Below, piece by piece: positions 51,113 to 60,226 of a stretch of 64,000 nt of DNA. Origin of the DNA: a virus (lineage: Duplodnaviria; Caudoviricetes). A model generated the notes under the pieces. That model was not told the origin of the DNA, did not search any database, and saw only the letters and a list, made by a program, of their open reading frames with translations. The position numbers and the translations under genes were made by a program. The stretch is taken from the IMG/VR virus record IMGVR_UViG_3300044641_005618; one strand, written 5' to 3'. The number at the start of each line of letters is the position of its first letter. Position 1 is the stretch's first letter.

Positions 51113-51224
51113 TGGGACCGGCAGGACTCGAACCTGCAACCGCGCCTTTAAAAGAGGTAATTTAATTGCTGATGTATCTTTGTCAAGATAACTTTTCGTG
51201 CTCTACCAGTTGAGCTACGGTCCC
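51113..51224 (-). tRNA. trnK: tRNA-Lys(TTT) interrupted by a 39-nt insert in the anticodon stem
   Basis: Removing 51158-51196 gives a fully paired 73-nt cloverleaf with CGCCT-CTTTTAA-AGGCG. Confidence 0.85.
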
Positions 51225-51696
51225 GTATTTGCTCCGAAAACTACCTGGAGCAATATTGAAAGTTTTTCTTAGCCCTTGAGCTACTCTCCAATTTTAGTGG
51301 GTTCAAAGGTTAAATTAAACCACTCCCCGTCAGAGTTACAGAACAAGAGCTTAGAGTCGCTATCGTCAGGGTAATGCCAGATCAGCATGTTCTTTAACGA
51401 TTTGTTTTGGGAGTTTTTGGGTAGGGTCTTACCTCGCTTCAGTCGATACAATACGTCATGCCCTATCCCTTTACTCGGCACGTCTAACCGTATGCCCTTG
51501 TCACCGTCAAAACCTGCTTCAGTAGGTGTCATGTCTTTTTGTTGGGTCTACGTTCGCTTGGCAAATTACTTGGATCGAGAACAAAGGTCTTTTACTACCA
51601 TTATGGAGATAAAGTTTGGGTTTAACTAGATAGTTGTTTTTCCCAAGAGAGTTAGGGTAAATCGCTGAACTATCTACGTTTCCCATAGAGAAACAA

Positions 51697-51818
51697 TCGA
51701 AGAGGCAAGATTCGAACTTGCGTATGGCGGTTCCTTTTGCGTATTGGGTAGTTGCTGAATTACCTAAGCTAGGTAATCTTTTTGCATTACCGCTGCCTAA
51801 CCACTTGGCTACTCTTCG
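51697..51818 (-). tRNA. tRNA-like gene with a 57-nt anticodon-loop region (best guess Cys, GCA)
   Basis: CGAAGAG/CTCTTCG acceptor, GCC/GGC D-stem, GCGGT/ACCGC stem, GCAAG-TTCGAAT-CTTGC T-arm. Confidence 0.75.
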
Positions 51819-51944
51819 GTTTTCGCACCGCTTTGCTGGGTGGAGGTTAAGGGGGCGAGGAGTGGAACCTTGAGCTCCACATCCGTATCATAGGTTGGAA
51901 GTGCTAGGGGTAAACGGAATCAAGCAGAGACCCTTACTCGGGGC

Positions 51945-52349
51945 CTATCGCGGGGCACCACCCATGTACTCTCGAAAGGCGTTCATAAAGTACCTTACGT
52001 CCTTCTCGTAAGATGTGTCAGGGTCGTACCACGAGAAGGGGACTTTTTGTGATATCTTCTTGGAGAAAATAAGGTCATACTTGGCTTCATCGGAGAGCTT
52101 AGACTCGTAGATTGAGTTGGCCTCCCTGTACACTCTGCTTAGCTCATCAAAGCCACCTGCTCCACTTGCTTCTTCGTTCAACTCCAGGGCACCTTCGTAC
52201 CACTCTTCGAGGGACTCCACAATTTCTCCAAGCCTTGTGGCGTAGGTGTGTTGGTCGTCCCTTAGCAAACTTTGACGGAAAGTGCGTAACTGACACAAGG
52301 TGTTATGAAGTTTTGTAAAGTCTTCGGAGAAGAGTGTGATGTTTGCCAT
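51945..52349 (-). CDS. Hypothetical protein, leaderless start
   Basis: ATG 6 nt after TATAGT. Confidence 0.65.
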   Translation of the reverse strand: MANITLFSEDFTKLHNTLCQLRTFRQSLLRDDQHTYATRLGEIVESLEEWYEGALELNEEASGAGGFDELSRVYREANSIYESKLSDEAKYDLIFSKKISQKVPFSWYDPDTSYEKDVRYFMNAFREYMGGAPR

Positions 52350-52355
52350 ACAGTA

Positions 52356-52418
52356 ACTATAGCGGTTTTACTGAGCGAAGGCAAGGGGGGAAACCGCCCC
52401 CAGGACGAGTGTTAACCG
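52356..52418 (-). promoter_or_regulatory. Repeated promoter element, leaderless
   Basis: CGGTTAACA-N13-CGGTTTCCC..TTGCCT-N17-TATAGT-N6-ATG. Confidence 0.8.
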
Positions 52419-52856
52419 CCCTGGCTCAAGTTAATTTCCTTGCGACTTCCTCCGTAAGACTCAATAACTTTCCCCGCATTAGACACACTCACATCTAAGT
52501 GTCTGTACTCCGTGGGGGTGTTCTGGAGTATGTGCTGAAATTGCCCCTTAAACTCCTCCCAGGAAATAGTGTCCGACACTCCCTGCCCCCTTTCAATCTG
52601 TACGACACTGTCGTACAACTCTCTCAGGGAAGAAAACTCTATAACCTGAGAGTACATCTCCCACTCGCTATGCGATTCACTTGACTGACCTTGCATATAA
52701 AATTAACAGGATGAGGAACAAAGTATACGCACAGCCTAAGATCATGAACGGGCTAAGCACCGAGACCCATGGCCAGGATATTTGCCCCGTTAATTTCAAT
52801 CCGATGAGAAGACCCTGGGCTGTCATTAACGAAGCTGAGAGATTCGTAAACATTAG

Positions 52857-53042
52857 TTATTTCTCATGTGTAAGTACCTGAAGAATCATCCAAAGGGCTC
52901 CCAACCCAAGTAGAAAAATTGGCACAAGAGTCGGTGAAAGCACTGTGAGCCAGGGCCAGGAAACCTGACCCGCTACCTTCAAAGTTATGAAAACGGTTTG
53001 CAGAACGATGCAGAGGGCACCCGGCAATTTGATCCAGATCAT
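52857..53042 (-). CDS. Small two-TM protein (LKxxGxxxWPW motif)
   Basis: Hydrophobic; related to the frameshifted gene at 62630-62850. Confidence 0.6.
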   Translation of the reverse strand: MIWIKLPGALCIVLQTVFITLKVAGQVSWPWLTVLSPTLVPIFLLGLGALWMILQVLTHEK

Positions 53043-54517
53043 GCTCCTTCAGCAAATACGGCACCGACAGCGTCGTACCTTTCAGTGTAAACAGCGTCAC
53101 GCATAACCCCTACAGGCGTAATTACCCCACCAGTAAGAACAGCTTTCAGGATTGAAGGGCTGCATCCGGAGACCAGGCAAGTTCCCGTGTCATGCATTTT
53201 CATGGGCACGTTGCCGCTAGAGTTAACATTCCAGAAGACAAGTTCCGGCAAGGAGTACCCTGCTTGAGCATACTTGATTCGCACCGCCTCAAAGTTTGTC
53301 ACTGAGTTGTTTCTGCAGCAGGAATCAAACTGCATGTCTGAGACAATGATAAGCTTCCGGGGCATTTCCCCTTCAGGAATATGGTTCCTCGTTGCGGTAG
53401 CCAACACAAGATTGAAGACTGCTTGAAGGTCCGTATTCATGTCCCACTTGGCTCGACTAAGGTTATTAACACGCTCAGCAATGTTTCTCCCGGTGACAGA
53501 CTGCAGCTTCGGGCTTCCTGAGAAGGTTAGGAACTTATCCTTCCATGCCCCGGTGTTACGCTCAGCGATGTACATCGCCAGCGAGATTGAAACCGCCATG
53601 GGCATGCCGCCGTTCTGGCCCATAGACCCCGAGACATCAGCAACTACAAGGCCGTTTAGCTGCTCTCCCTCCATGTAGTTGGGTAGAGCCTCCCACATTA
53701 AGTTTAGAGTCTGATCGCTCTTTTCACCCCCGTAAAGGTACTTGTGCACGATTTCGTAAGGGTAGATCGTACCGGCATTGATTTTTGCCTCACCTTTCTC
53801 TACCGAGTCAAGGTAGGATTGGTAACGGTTGCCGTCGCGCTTGGCGAAAGCTTTACGATACATGAAGCCGGCCCGAGAAGGCAACTTGCTATAGTCAATG
53901 CTTTCCCACTCACGAGCACACATTGGCTGCTCAACAATTTTGACTTGAGTCCTGAGGGCAGTCAGTGCCTTGCGGTACTGCCTCTCGGTCCAACCCATTG
54001 CTTCGGCAATTTTTCGGCCAATCCTCTTAGAGTCCTGGCTGGAAGCGTTAATGGAAGGCAGCCACTTTGCCAGAAGTGACACTGACTTTCCAACTTCCGT
54101 ATTTAGGTCGGCGTTCAGTTGTGCCTTAATTGCTTCGAGTGCGATGCCCCAAACTGGGGTCCCGTCGAGGGCTACCACATCATCCCAGCGACCGTACTGT
54201 GGAATCAGGCTAACTAGCCTGGCACCAATTGCAGCATCATTTCGAACCAGCTCCTTGAAAACTTCTCGAAAGATCTTTCTCTCACCCTGGCCCCCACGAA
54301 TGTCGCGTGCCCAGAACAGGATTCGGGTTGCGGTCTCAGGGTCTTCTGCGTAGGCAAGGTTGAACAGTCGAGTTGCTTCGCTGATGTTGTCACGGCAAGC
54401 TGCAATCTTTCCAAAAAGGTCCAGGCACTTAGACTCGGTGGACTTGTATGCCTTTGCACCGTTAGCGGTGATGGTTTGGTTAAACTCGTTTTCGAGTGCG
54501 TTTAAAAAGGTTGTCAT
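53039..54517 (-). CDS. DUF2828 family protein (helical repeat plus vWA, TROVE/Ro60-like)
   Basis: WARDIRGGQGER, GRWDD, AKWLPS, YRKAL..LR, IDYSKLPS, MIDAS DVSGSM, SDMQFD, VFWNV. Confidence 0.85.
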   Translation of the reverse strand: MTTFLNALENEFNQTITANGAKAYKSTESKCLDLFGKIAACRDNISEATRLFNLAYAEDPETATRILFWARDIRGGQGERKIFREVFKELVRNDAAIGARLVSLIPQYGRWDDVVALDGTPVWGIALEAIKAQLNADLNTEVGKSVSLLAKWLPSINASSQDSKRIGRKIAEAMGWTERQYRKALTALRTQVKIVEQPMCAREWESIDYSKLPSRAGFMYRKAFAKRDGNRYQSYLDSVEKGEAKINAGTIYPYEIVHKYLYGGEKSDQTLNLMWEALPNYMEGEQLNGLVVADVSGSMGQNGGMPMAVSISLAMYIAERNTGAWKDKFLTFSGSPKLQSVTGRNIAERVNNLSRAKWDMNTDLQAVFNLVLATATRNHIPEGEMPRKLIIVSDMQFDSCCRNNSVTNFEAVRIKYAQAGYSLPELVFWNVNSSGNVPMKMHDTGTCLVSGCSPSILKAVLTGGVITPVGVMRDAVYTERYDAVGAVFAEGA

Positions 54518-54623
54518 TTTCTCAAGTTGATTGTTTGTTTGGATACAAATTAAAGCTGTATCAACTTTGCTCCCGTCCAAATGAACTAAGGGAACTTTAG
54601 TGGGTTTACAGTGGTAGCTTCAC

Positions 54624-55127
54624 TCACCAAGAGGCACGGTACACGAAAGTCCAACTCCAGTCTCCATCAGGGATAGCAGGGTGGTTGAGGACTTTCTCCA
54701 GGACTTTGACTGTGTGTTCAAGGTCGGCGTAGTAATTCTCACCGTAGTCTGTCGAGCCGAAGAAGAATCCCCCTTCGGTGGGTAGGATCTCCGCAGGGTT
54801 TACTGTGTTTGTTTCCGCAGGGGTGTCCCTACTTTCGAGGAGTTTTTTGCACCGAGAGAGAAGTTCTACCAAGTCGTCTCGGCCAACATCAATGTCTTCG
54901 CAGTTGTCTTCCCCCTCAGATAGATCCACAAAGAACTTGTGAATGTGGTTGGCTTTACGCCAGTAAGCAACTTCGACTCGCGTGTAAAGACTGTTGCGCC
55001 TAACGGCTGCAAAGTCGGTCAGACCCAAAGCTGTTACAATCTTGTTATACGTTTCTTTTTCTTCGTCGGACGAATGGTCGTAGTTGCCAAGGTATTTCTC
55101 AGCGTAAAGGTAGGAGTCAAGTCCCAT
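54624..55127 (-). CDS. Conserved phage hypothetical protein
   Basis: MGLD, YWRKANHIH, GFFFGSTDY, YRASW. Confidence 0.7.
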   Translation of the reverse strand: MGLDSYLYAEKYLGNYDHSSDEEKETYNKIVTALGLTDFAAVRRNSLYTRVEVAYWRKANHIHKFFVDLSEGEDNCEDIDVGRDDLVELLSRCKKLLESRDTPAETNTVNPAEILPTEGGFFFGSTDYGENYYADLEHTVKVLEKVLNHPAIPDGDWSWTFVYRASW

Positions 55128-55382
55128 GGTTTTGCGAGGTTGGTTGATCAGGAGTTTGGGTCGGACGGCGGTGCAATCAGCGCAGGTTGTCCGTACCTGC
55201 GATCTCTTCTTGAAGACGTTCAATAGCTCCACGAACCATACCTTCCCAGAAGGAAGGGTCAAAGGCAAGGTCAACGCCCCTATCTACCCATTCCTCAATT
55301 TTCGTTTCGTGAATGGTGTCGCGTCCAGACTTTGTGAATCGGCCACGGGACTCGTTCCAAATCTGGCCAAAGTTGTCGAAGT

Positions 55383-55772
55383 TCATTGTTTTGTTAAGAA
55401 GTAGAGTTGCGGTTGTTGGTTTTCCTCGTACCGTGAGTAGCCGATAAAGTCACCCTTATCGCCGGCTACCCACGGTGAAATCCATTCAAAGAACTTTTGA
55501 ATCTCTCCCTGGTAGTTCTTAATGTCGCCTTTTCCGAGAAGCGCCCATTGCTTCGAGATCGTGTCTTGTTCTAGGAACTTGCAGTGTGTTCGTGGAGTGT
55601 AATAGCTGCCGTCACTGAAAAGCCAACCCCAGCGGTCTGGAAGGTCCTTCAGGGCCTCTCTTTCCGAGTCTTCGTCGAGCTTTCCGCACATTGCCTTGAG
55701 AACGGTAATGACGTCGTCGGGTGTCGATGCTTTGAGGTCAACGTTGACGTAAATCTCTGTGTACATTCCCAT
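55383..55772 (-). CDS. Conserved phage hypothetical protein
   Basis: MGMYTE, KNY..EI..F, GYSRYEE. Confidence 0.65.
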   Translation of the reverse strand: MGMYTEIYVNVDLKASTPDDVITVLKAMCGKLDEDSEREALKDLPDRWGWLFSDGSYYTPRTHCKFLEQDTISKQWALLGKGDIKNYQGEIQKFFEWISPWVAGDKGDFIGYSRYEENQQPQLYFLTKQ

Positions 55773-55828
55773 GTTTTCTTTGCGGTTTCCTCTGGGTTAT
55801 GGTGCCAGTGCGATGGTTTTGTAAGGGT

Positions 55829-55874
55829 ATACTAGCGTGTTTGCTACGGGGAAGCAAGGGGCGGCTTCCCGCCC
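55829..55874 (-). promoter_or_regulatory. Variant promoter element
   Basis: GGGCGGGAAGCCGCCC..TTGCTT-N17-TAGTAT. Confidence 0.55.
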
Positions 55875-55891
55875 TTACCCCCGGACCACAC

Positions 55892-56326
55892 TCACTTCGT
55901 GTTAAAAACACCCTCGGATAGGGAGAGCACGTTGGCACCGTTAATCAGAATCTTCTGAATACTGCCGTTTTTCATGGCTTCACGGAGAACCTCAAGACGT
56001 TGGTACTCAAGAGACTGCAAGGGACTCTGCCCCATCGTAGTCCGTAACCTTAAACATAACCCCTCAGGTACCCAGTAAATTGAAAGTTCTCCCGCGCCGC
56101 CGCCATAAAAGTGGGAGTCAGGATAAACGGACTCAACGTACTCTGGAATGGAGTCTCGGCGGTCGTCTTCAACCATGTGCACCAGGGTGGGGTCGAACAA
56201 CAGAAAGTTTTCGAGACCGTCGTCACCCTCACCATCACTGGAGTTCCATGTGCTCCAACCAGCGCCAAAGCCTGGGCTATATAACACGGCGACTTTGCCG
56301 CCTCGAACTACTCTGTCAGCTTTCAT
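55892..56326 (-). CDS. Conserved phage hypothetical protein, possibly with a compensated frameshift
   Basis: KVAVLYSPGFGAGWSTWN motif. Confidence 0.65.
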   Translation of the reverse strand: MKADRVVRGGKVAVLYSPGFGAGWSTWNSSDGEGDDGLENFLLFDPTLVHMVEDDRRDSIPEYVESVYPDSHFYGGGAGELSIYWVPEGLCLRLRTTMGQSPLQSLEYQRLEVLREAMKNGSIQKILINGANVLSLSEGVFNTK

Positions 56327-56558
56327 TTTGGTTAAAGTGTGTTACAAGGAAGGTTTCTTGGTTTTCGTAGGCCTGAGCGAGAGCTTCGCCCTCAGCTTGG
56401 AGGAGCCTTACGAGGTCAAACTGTCCGCGATCAAGGAGGAGATGACATTGCACGGAAAGGTCCCATAGTCGAGTCTGAATTGCATCGCCAAGGGAAAACG
56501 CCTTACCATGTAAGGCAGTGTCGTAGGGGTTGGGGTTCATAAGTTAAGGGTTGGGAGA

Positions 56559-57296
56559 CTAAGCAAACTGAACAAGGGTCTGTTCTTCCAGGTTCCACAC
56601 ACAGAGGCGAGCGTGCGCCGGGTCGAAACTTTTCTGAGTGCTGCCACCCATCTGACCGTCGAGAACCAGGCTCTTCTCGCTCGTGTGAACGTGGTGGTAG
56701 TGCCCCGCGACACGAACCCAGGTCCGATCGCATTCCTCTTCCCACCAAAAGACACGAGTCTCATCTTGAGGGTACACCGCACCGGGACGGCGAGGACCAA
56801 ACAGCATGTAGTCCTTGGCTTTTCTCGTCACCTCGTTCACACGGTACACTCCAGTGTAAGACGGCGGAACAAGAACCCACTTCGGAAACATCGCGTGAGC
56901 ACAACGGTACTCGGTCCCTCGGGAATCTCGCAAGGCAACCCCGTAGGGAAAAGTTTCCAGCCAGGCAGAGACTTCCTCAATAGGGATACCTGCGTCTGAG
57001 AAGTCTTGCACAGTACGCTCAAAGCCCTCTTTAAGAACCACGTTGTTCCCGCGAGCGTAACGCTCCAGCTTGTTTTGGTGGTTGCTTCGAAGCACAATCG
57101 CCCCTTCTTCCATGGCTTGCCGAACGGCTTTGTACACACCGACACTGTCGCTTGTTTCCATGCGAGAGTCAAAGAGGTCGCCGAGGAAAATTGGTGTGCA
57201 ATTTGCTCCTCGGCAATAATCGAGTGCTTTGAGCAGGGGCTTTCTCTGAGAGTGTAGGTCGCCGATGAAGGCAAAATTGGAAGTAACGTTATTCAT
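56559..57296 (-). CDS. Metallophosphoesterase, leaderless start
   Basis: GDLH, GDLFD, SNH, CAHA, AGHYH, LDG. Confidence 0.85.
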   Translation of the reverse strand: MNNVTSNFAFIGDLHSQRKPLLKALDYCRGANCTPIFLGDLFDSRMETSDSVGVYKAVRQAMEEGAIVLRSNHQNKLERYARGNNVVLKEGFERTVQDFSDAGIPIEEVSAWLETFPYGVALRDSRGTEYRCAHAMFPKWVLVPPSYTGVYRVNEVTRKAKDYMLFGPRRPGAVYPQDETRVFWWEEECDRTWVRVAGHYHHVHTSEKSLVLDGQMGGSTQKSFDPAHARLCVWNLEEQTLVQFA

Positions 57297-57302
57297 GATA
57301 TT

Positions 57303-57347
57303 ACTATAGCGTTTTTCCGTCTGAAAGGCAAGGGCGGGAAACCGCCC
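57303..57347 (-). promoter_or_regulatory. Repeated promoter element, leaderless
   Basis: GGCGGTTTCCC..TTGCCT-N17-TATAGT-N6-ATG. Confidence 0.8.
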
Positions 57348-57668
57348 TTAGCCACGTAGAAATCCTTTGTGTTGTGCAGGCTCGCGACGGGTGGGCCTTT
57401 TTCTGGCGACAGCAGGTGCTGAGACAACCGGGGATGGCGCAGGAGACTCTGCAAGAGCAAGGGGTTGGACCGGTGACGGTGGCTCCTCCAGGGCATTAAG
57501 CAGTGCCTTCAGGGCAACGACAAGGTGGGGTCTTAGAGCCTTGACAGCCTTACTCGCAAGGCCAAAAAGGAGAACGGACCACGCAATCGTAGTCAGTGCC
57601 GCGTTCACGGCTCTGTTACCAACAACCACGTAGTTGACTCTGCGCAAGGGTTCGAGAAGGTTTTTCAT
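57348..57668 (-). CDS. Hypothetical single-TM protein
   Basis: Hydrophobic N-terminal half, Pro/Ala-rich tail. Confidence 0.55.
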   Translation of the reverse strand: MKNLLEPLRRVNYVVVGNRAVNAALTTIAWSVLLFGLASKAVKALRPHLVVALKALLNALEEPPSPVQPLALAESPAPSPVVSAPAVARKRPTRREPAQHKGFLRG

Positions 57669-57723
57669 TTTCTTTGCGAAAGGTTTCTAGGAGTTCGTTG
57701 TAGAGGGTGAACTCCCTAAAGCT

Positions 57724-57768
57724 AGTATAGCCCATTTGCCCCGAAAAGCAAAGGGGGAAAACCGTCCC
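57724..57768 (-). promoter_or_regulatory. Repeated promoter element
   Basis: GGACGGTTTTCC..TTTGCT-N17-TATACT. Confidence 0.7.
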
Positions 57769-57964
57769 CTTTACCTCTGGCTTGGGCTGTTCGACGTAAA
57801 ATGTGCCCTTAAGCGAGCCATAATGGCCATGTTCGCCTTAGACAGAGCCATGTCCAAGGTAGCCTTTTCTCCGACCTTGGCTTCGGTGGTGGACGACCCT
57901 CGAAGCCGTAGAGCGGAAAGGCGACGAGCAGCACACGAGGCGATGTTTAACCACTGCAGCGAGG

Positions 57965-58474
57965 TCATCGCACGTACCGTACGAGAGTAACGTCCGCAAT
58001 ATCGCGGCACGATTCGGAAAAACTTTCGAGCATATTCACTATCTTTTCTTCGTCTCCGCCAGCGAGACCGCACCCAATGTATGGGAATCCTACCGCAAAC
58101 TTCCCGTCTAGTGGCGCAGCCATGGAGCCGCTCCTCAAAAAAGTTTGAAAACTTTTGAGAAAGTCTCGGAAAAAGTCGTACTCGAAAATGTCTTTGCCCC
58201 TTCCGTACGAGTACTGAGTATATGCGTTGACAATGTAGAAAGTATGGCTGCCTTCCCCGTGCACCTTCACCATGCTCCAACGACCGAGCTTGCTTCGGTC
58301 CCCTGCCCGAGTGGAAAGGTCAACGCTCGCTGCTTCTGGGTGCTCACGGCTTATTTGCCCCGCGATGCCTGAAGCCATCTTATTAAAACAATTGGCGCCG
58401 TGGACAATTATGTCAAACTGGCCCTTGCGAGCCAGCACTAACAGGTCTCCGTTGGCCCTATAAAGTGTACTCAT
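57965..58474 (-). CDS. Macrodomain protein (ADP-ribose binding/hydrolase)
   Basis: GDL, IVHGANCFNKMASGIA, VNAYTQ, FPYIGCGLAGGD. Confidence 0.88.
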   Translation of the reverse strand: MSTLYRANGDLLVLARKGQFDIIVHGANCFNKMASGIAGQISREHPEAASVDLSTRAGDRSKLGRWSMVKVHGEGSHTFYIVNAYTQYSYGRGKDIFEYDFFRDFLKSFQTFLRSGSMAAPLDGKFAVGFPYIGCGLAGGDEEKIVNMLESFSESCRDIADVTLVRYVR

Positions 58475-59522
58475 ACGATTAATTGGGTGTCAGACGCAAA
58501 AATATAAGGTTGCAAAGTGCTAATACGGTGGTAAAAAAATTAAAGGAAGCCCACCCTAGTTTATTTTCCCTGTAACGTACGAGACCCAAAAATATGGACA
58601 CCCACATTATAAACATCCAGAAAAACGCGGAAAGTACTTGAGTCATTTTGTAGAGTGAAAAGTTAGTCGGCTGGGGGCTAAGGCAGAGTATTGTGTTAAT
58701 GCGGATACTTAGGTGAACTACCAAAGTCCTCATCGTCGTACTCAACGAAAAGGTTAAGTTCCCAGAAGTCAAACTCTTCCTTGATTTTATTTTTAGCCCT
58801 GCTGTACTCAGGTTCTGTCATGCAGCCAGGGTTTTGGTACAGAACCTTAAGTTCTCCAAGGGCACTCTGAAGATTGCGAATGTACTCGAACTGGTGTGTC
58901 CTTTGTTTGTACTCGGCCAGAGTTTCTTGAATCCCGTTAGGATACGTGAAAGTTTCAGTGAGAGGGTCGAACAAGATTCGGTCTTCTGGATTCATCATTT
59001 GGGGAGTTGAAATGGCACGGTTGAGGGCACTAGGAAACTTTCGAGTGATCGACGGGGTAAGAAATCCAAATGTAGTTGTCAGACCCGTCTTTGTATCCTC
59101 GGGAACCGTCGCTTGCGGTGTCAAACTGAACCCACGGTTTTCCGGACTCCCTGCAGAAGCCCCCGTTCCAGTCTCTTCGATCGCTTATATAGCCGAAGGC
59201 ACCGATGGCTACACTGAACAGGGCTATGGCAAGTAGTTCCATTTTTGAGATTTGCGGTTTGGACCGGAGAGTGTAACCGTAGGGCGTACTGAGCCGTATG
59301 TGAATAACGTACAGCTACAACTAAGGTTAGGTCAGGAGAGTTCGGAATAGTAGCTTTACTATCGTGTGTAGTCGCCGAACGAGTCGTAATTTGCGGTTGC
59401 GTTTCGGAATCGCTCCAGGTCCCCAACCCTTTCATCCAAGTTGGAGAGATCGCGGGAAAGTTGCTCAAATATGGAAATCCGGCCGGAAATAAACCCCTTC
59501 AGGAAAATTTCAAAGACGGAGC

Positions 59523-60226
59523 CTAGGCGGACGTCGTCTTCAGGTGTTTGACACCATAAGGTGCGAAAGGCTTCAATCGCTTCGGGAGTTGTGCCCGTAG
59601 GGTATTCGTACGGGGGTTGGGGCTGACATTTAGGTTTAGTGCGGGGTGAACTGACTTAGTTAGTATAGCGTTTCTGCCGAGCAAAAACAAGCCGGGAAAC
59701 CGTCCCGGAACAAACGGGAAACCGCCCCAACCACTTTGGCTTTCACGAGGGAACACTACCCCCCAGGTATCCGGCCTATCGGAATTTGGACGATGAACAT
59801 ACAACGTGAATGCAACACCGAGGAGTCCAAGTACCACACTCGTAACGGACAGAAAAGTTACAGGGACATGAACTCCGACAACTATCGCCAAGGACGAAAT
59901 TAAGCATTGTATAGCAAAGACTGCCGCTATTGCTACGGTTAGTGTGTTATCACGGTAGTTTCGAATTACTAGATTGCAGTCACGAAAGAACTTACGCATT
60001 AGGAATCATTGTGTATGTTGGGACGATGAATGTAACATGTAATGGCAAGGAGTGAGATGCCATATGACACCAGGAAGTGGTTCACAGGAGTTGCCAAGAT
60101 CCCTAGACTTAAGGTGAAGCAGGCTACCAAACAATGAAAAGCAAATATAAGTGCTAGGGTTAGGGTAGAAGTGCCTTGTCTATAGCGGCGAATGTGCCAA
60201 TTTGCGTAGCGAATTAAAGAGAGCAT
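59523..60226 (-). other. Tandem paralogous small membrane proteins (59999-60226 and the 5' part of 59523-59999)
   Basis: Both follow IRxYR...A..FA..CL...G...Y(I/V)HRPN. Confidence 0.6.
59662..59724 (-). promoter_or_regulatory. Repeated promoter element
   Basis: CGGTTTCCC-N13-CGGTTTCCC..TTGTTT-N17-TATACT. Confidence 0.8.

Noticed and set aside
51158-51196. Archaeal bulge-helix-bulge intron or group I/II intron
   Set aside because: The 4-bp central helix cannot form at the junctions, and the insert is far too short for a ribozyme
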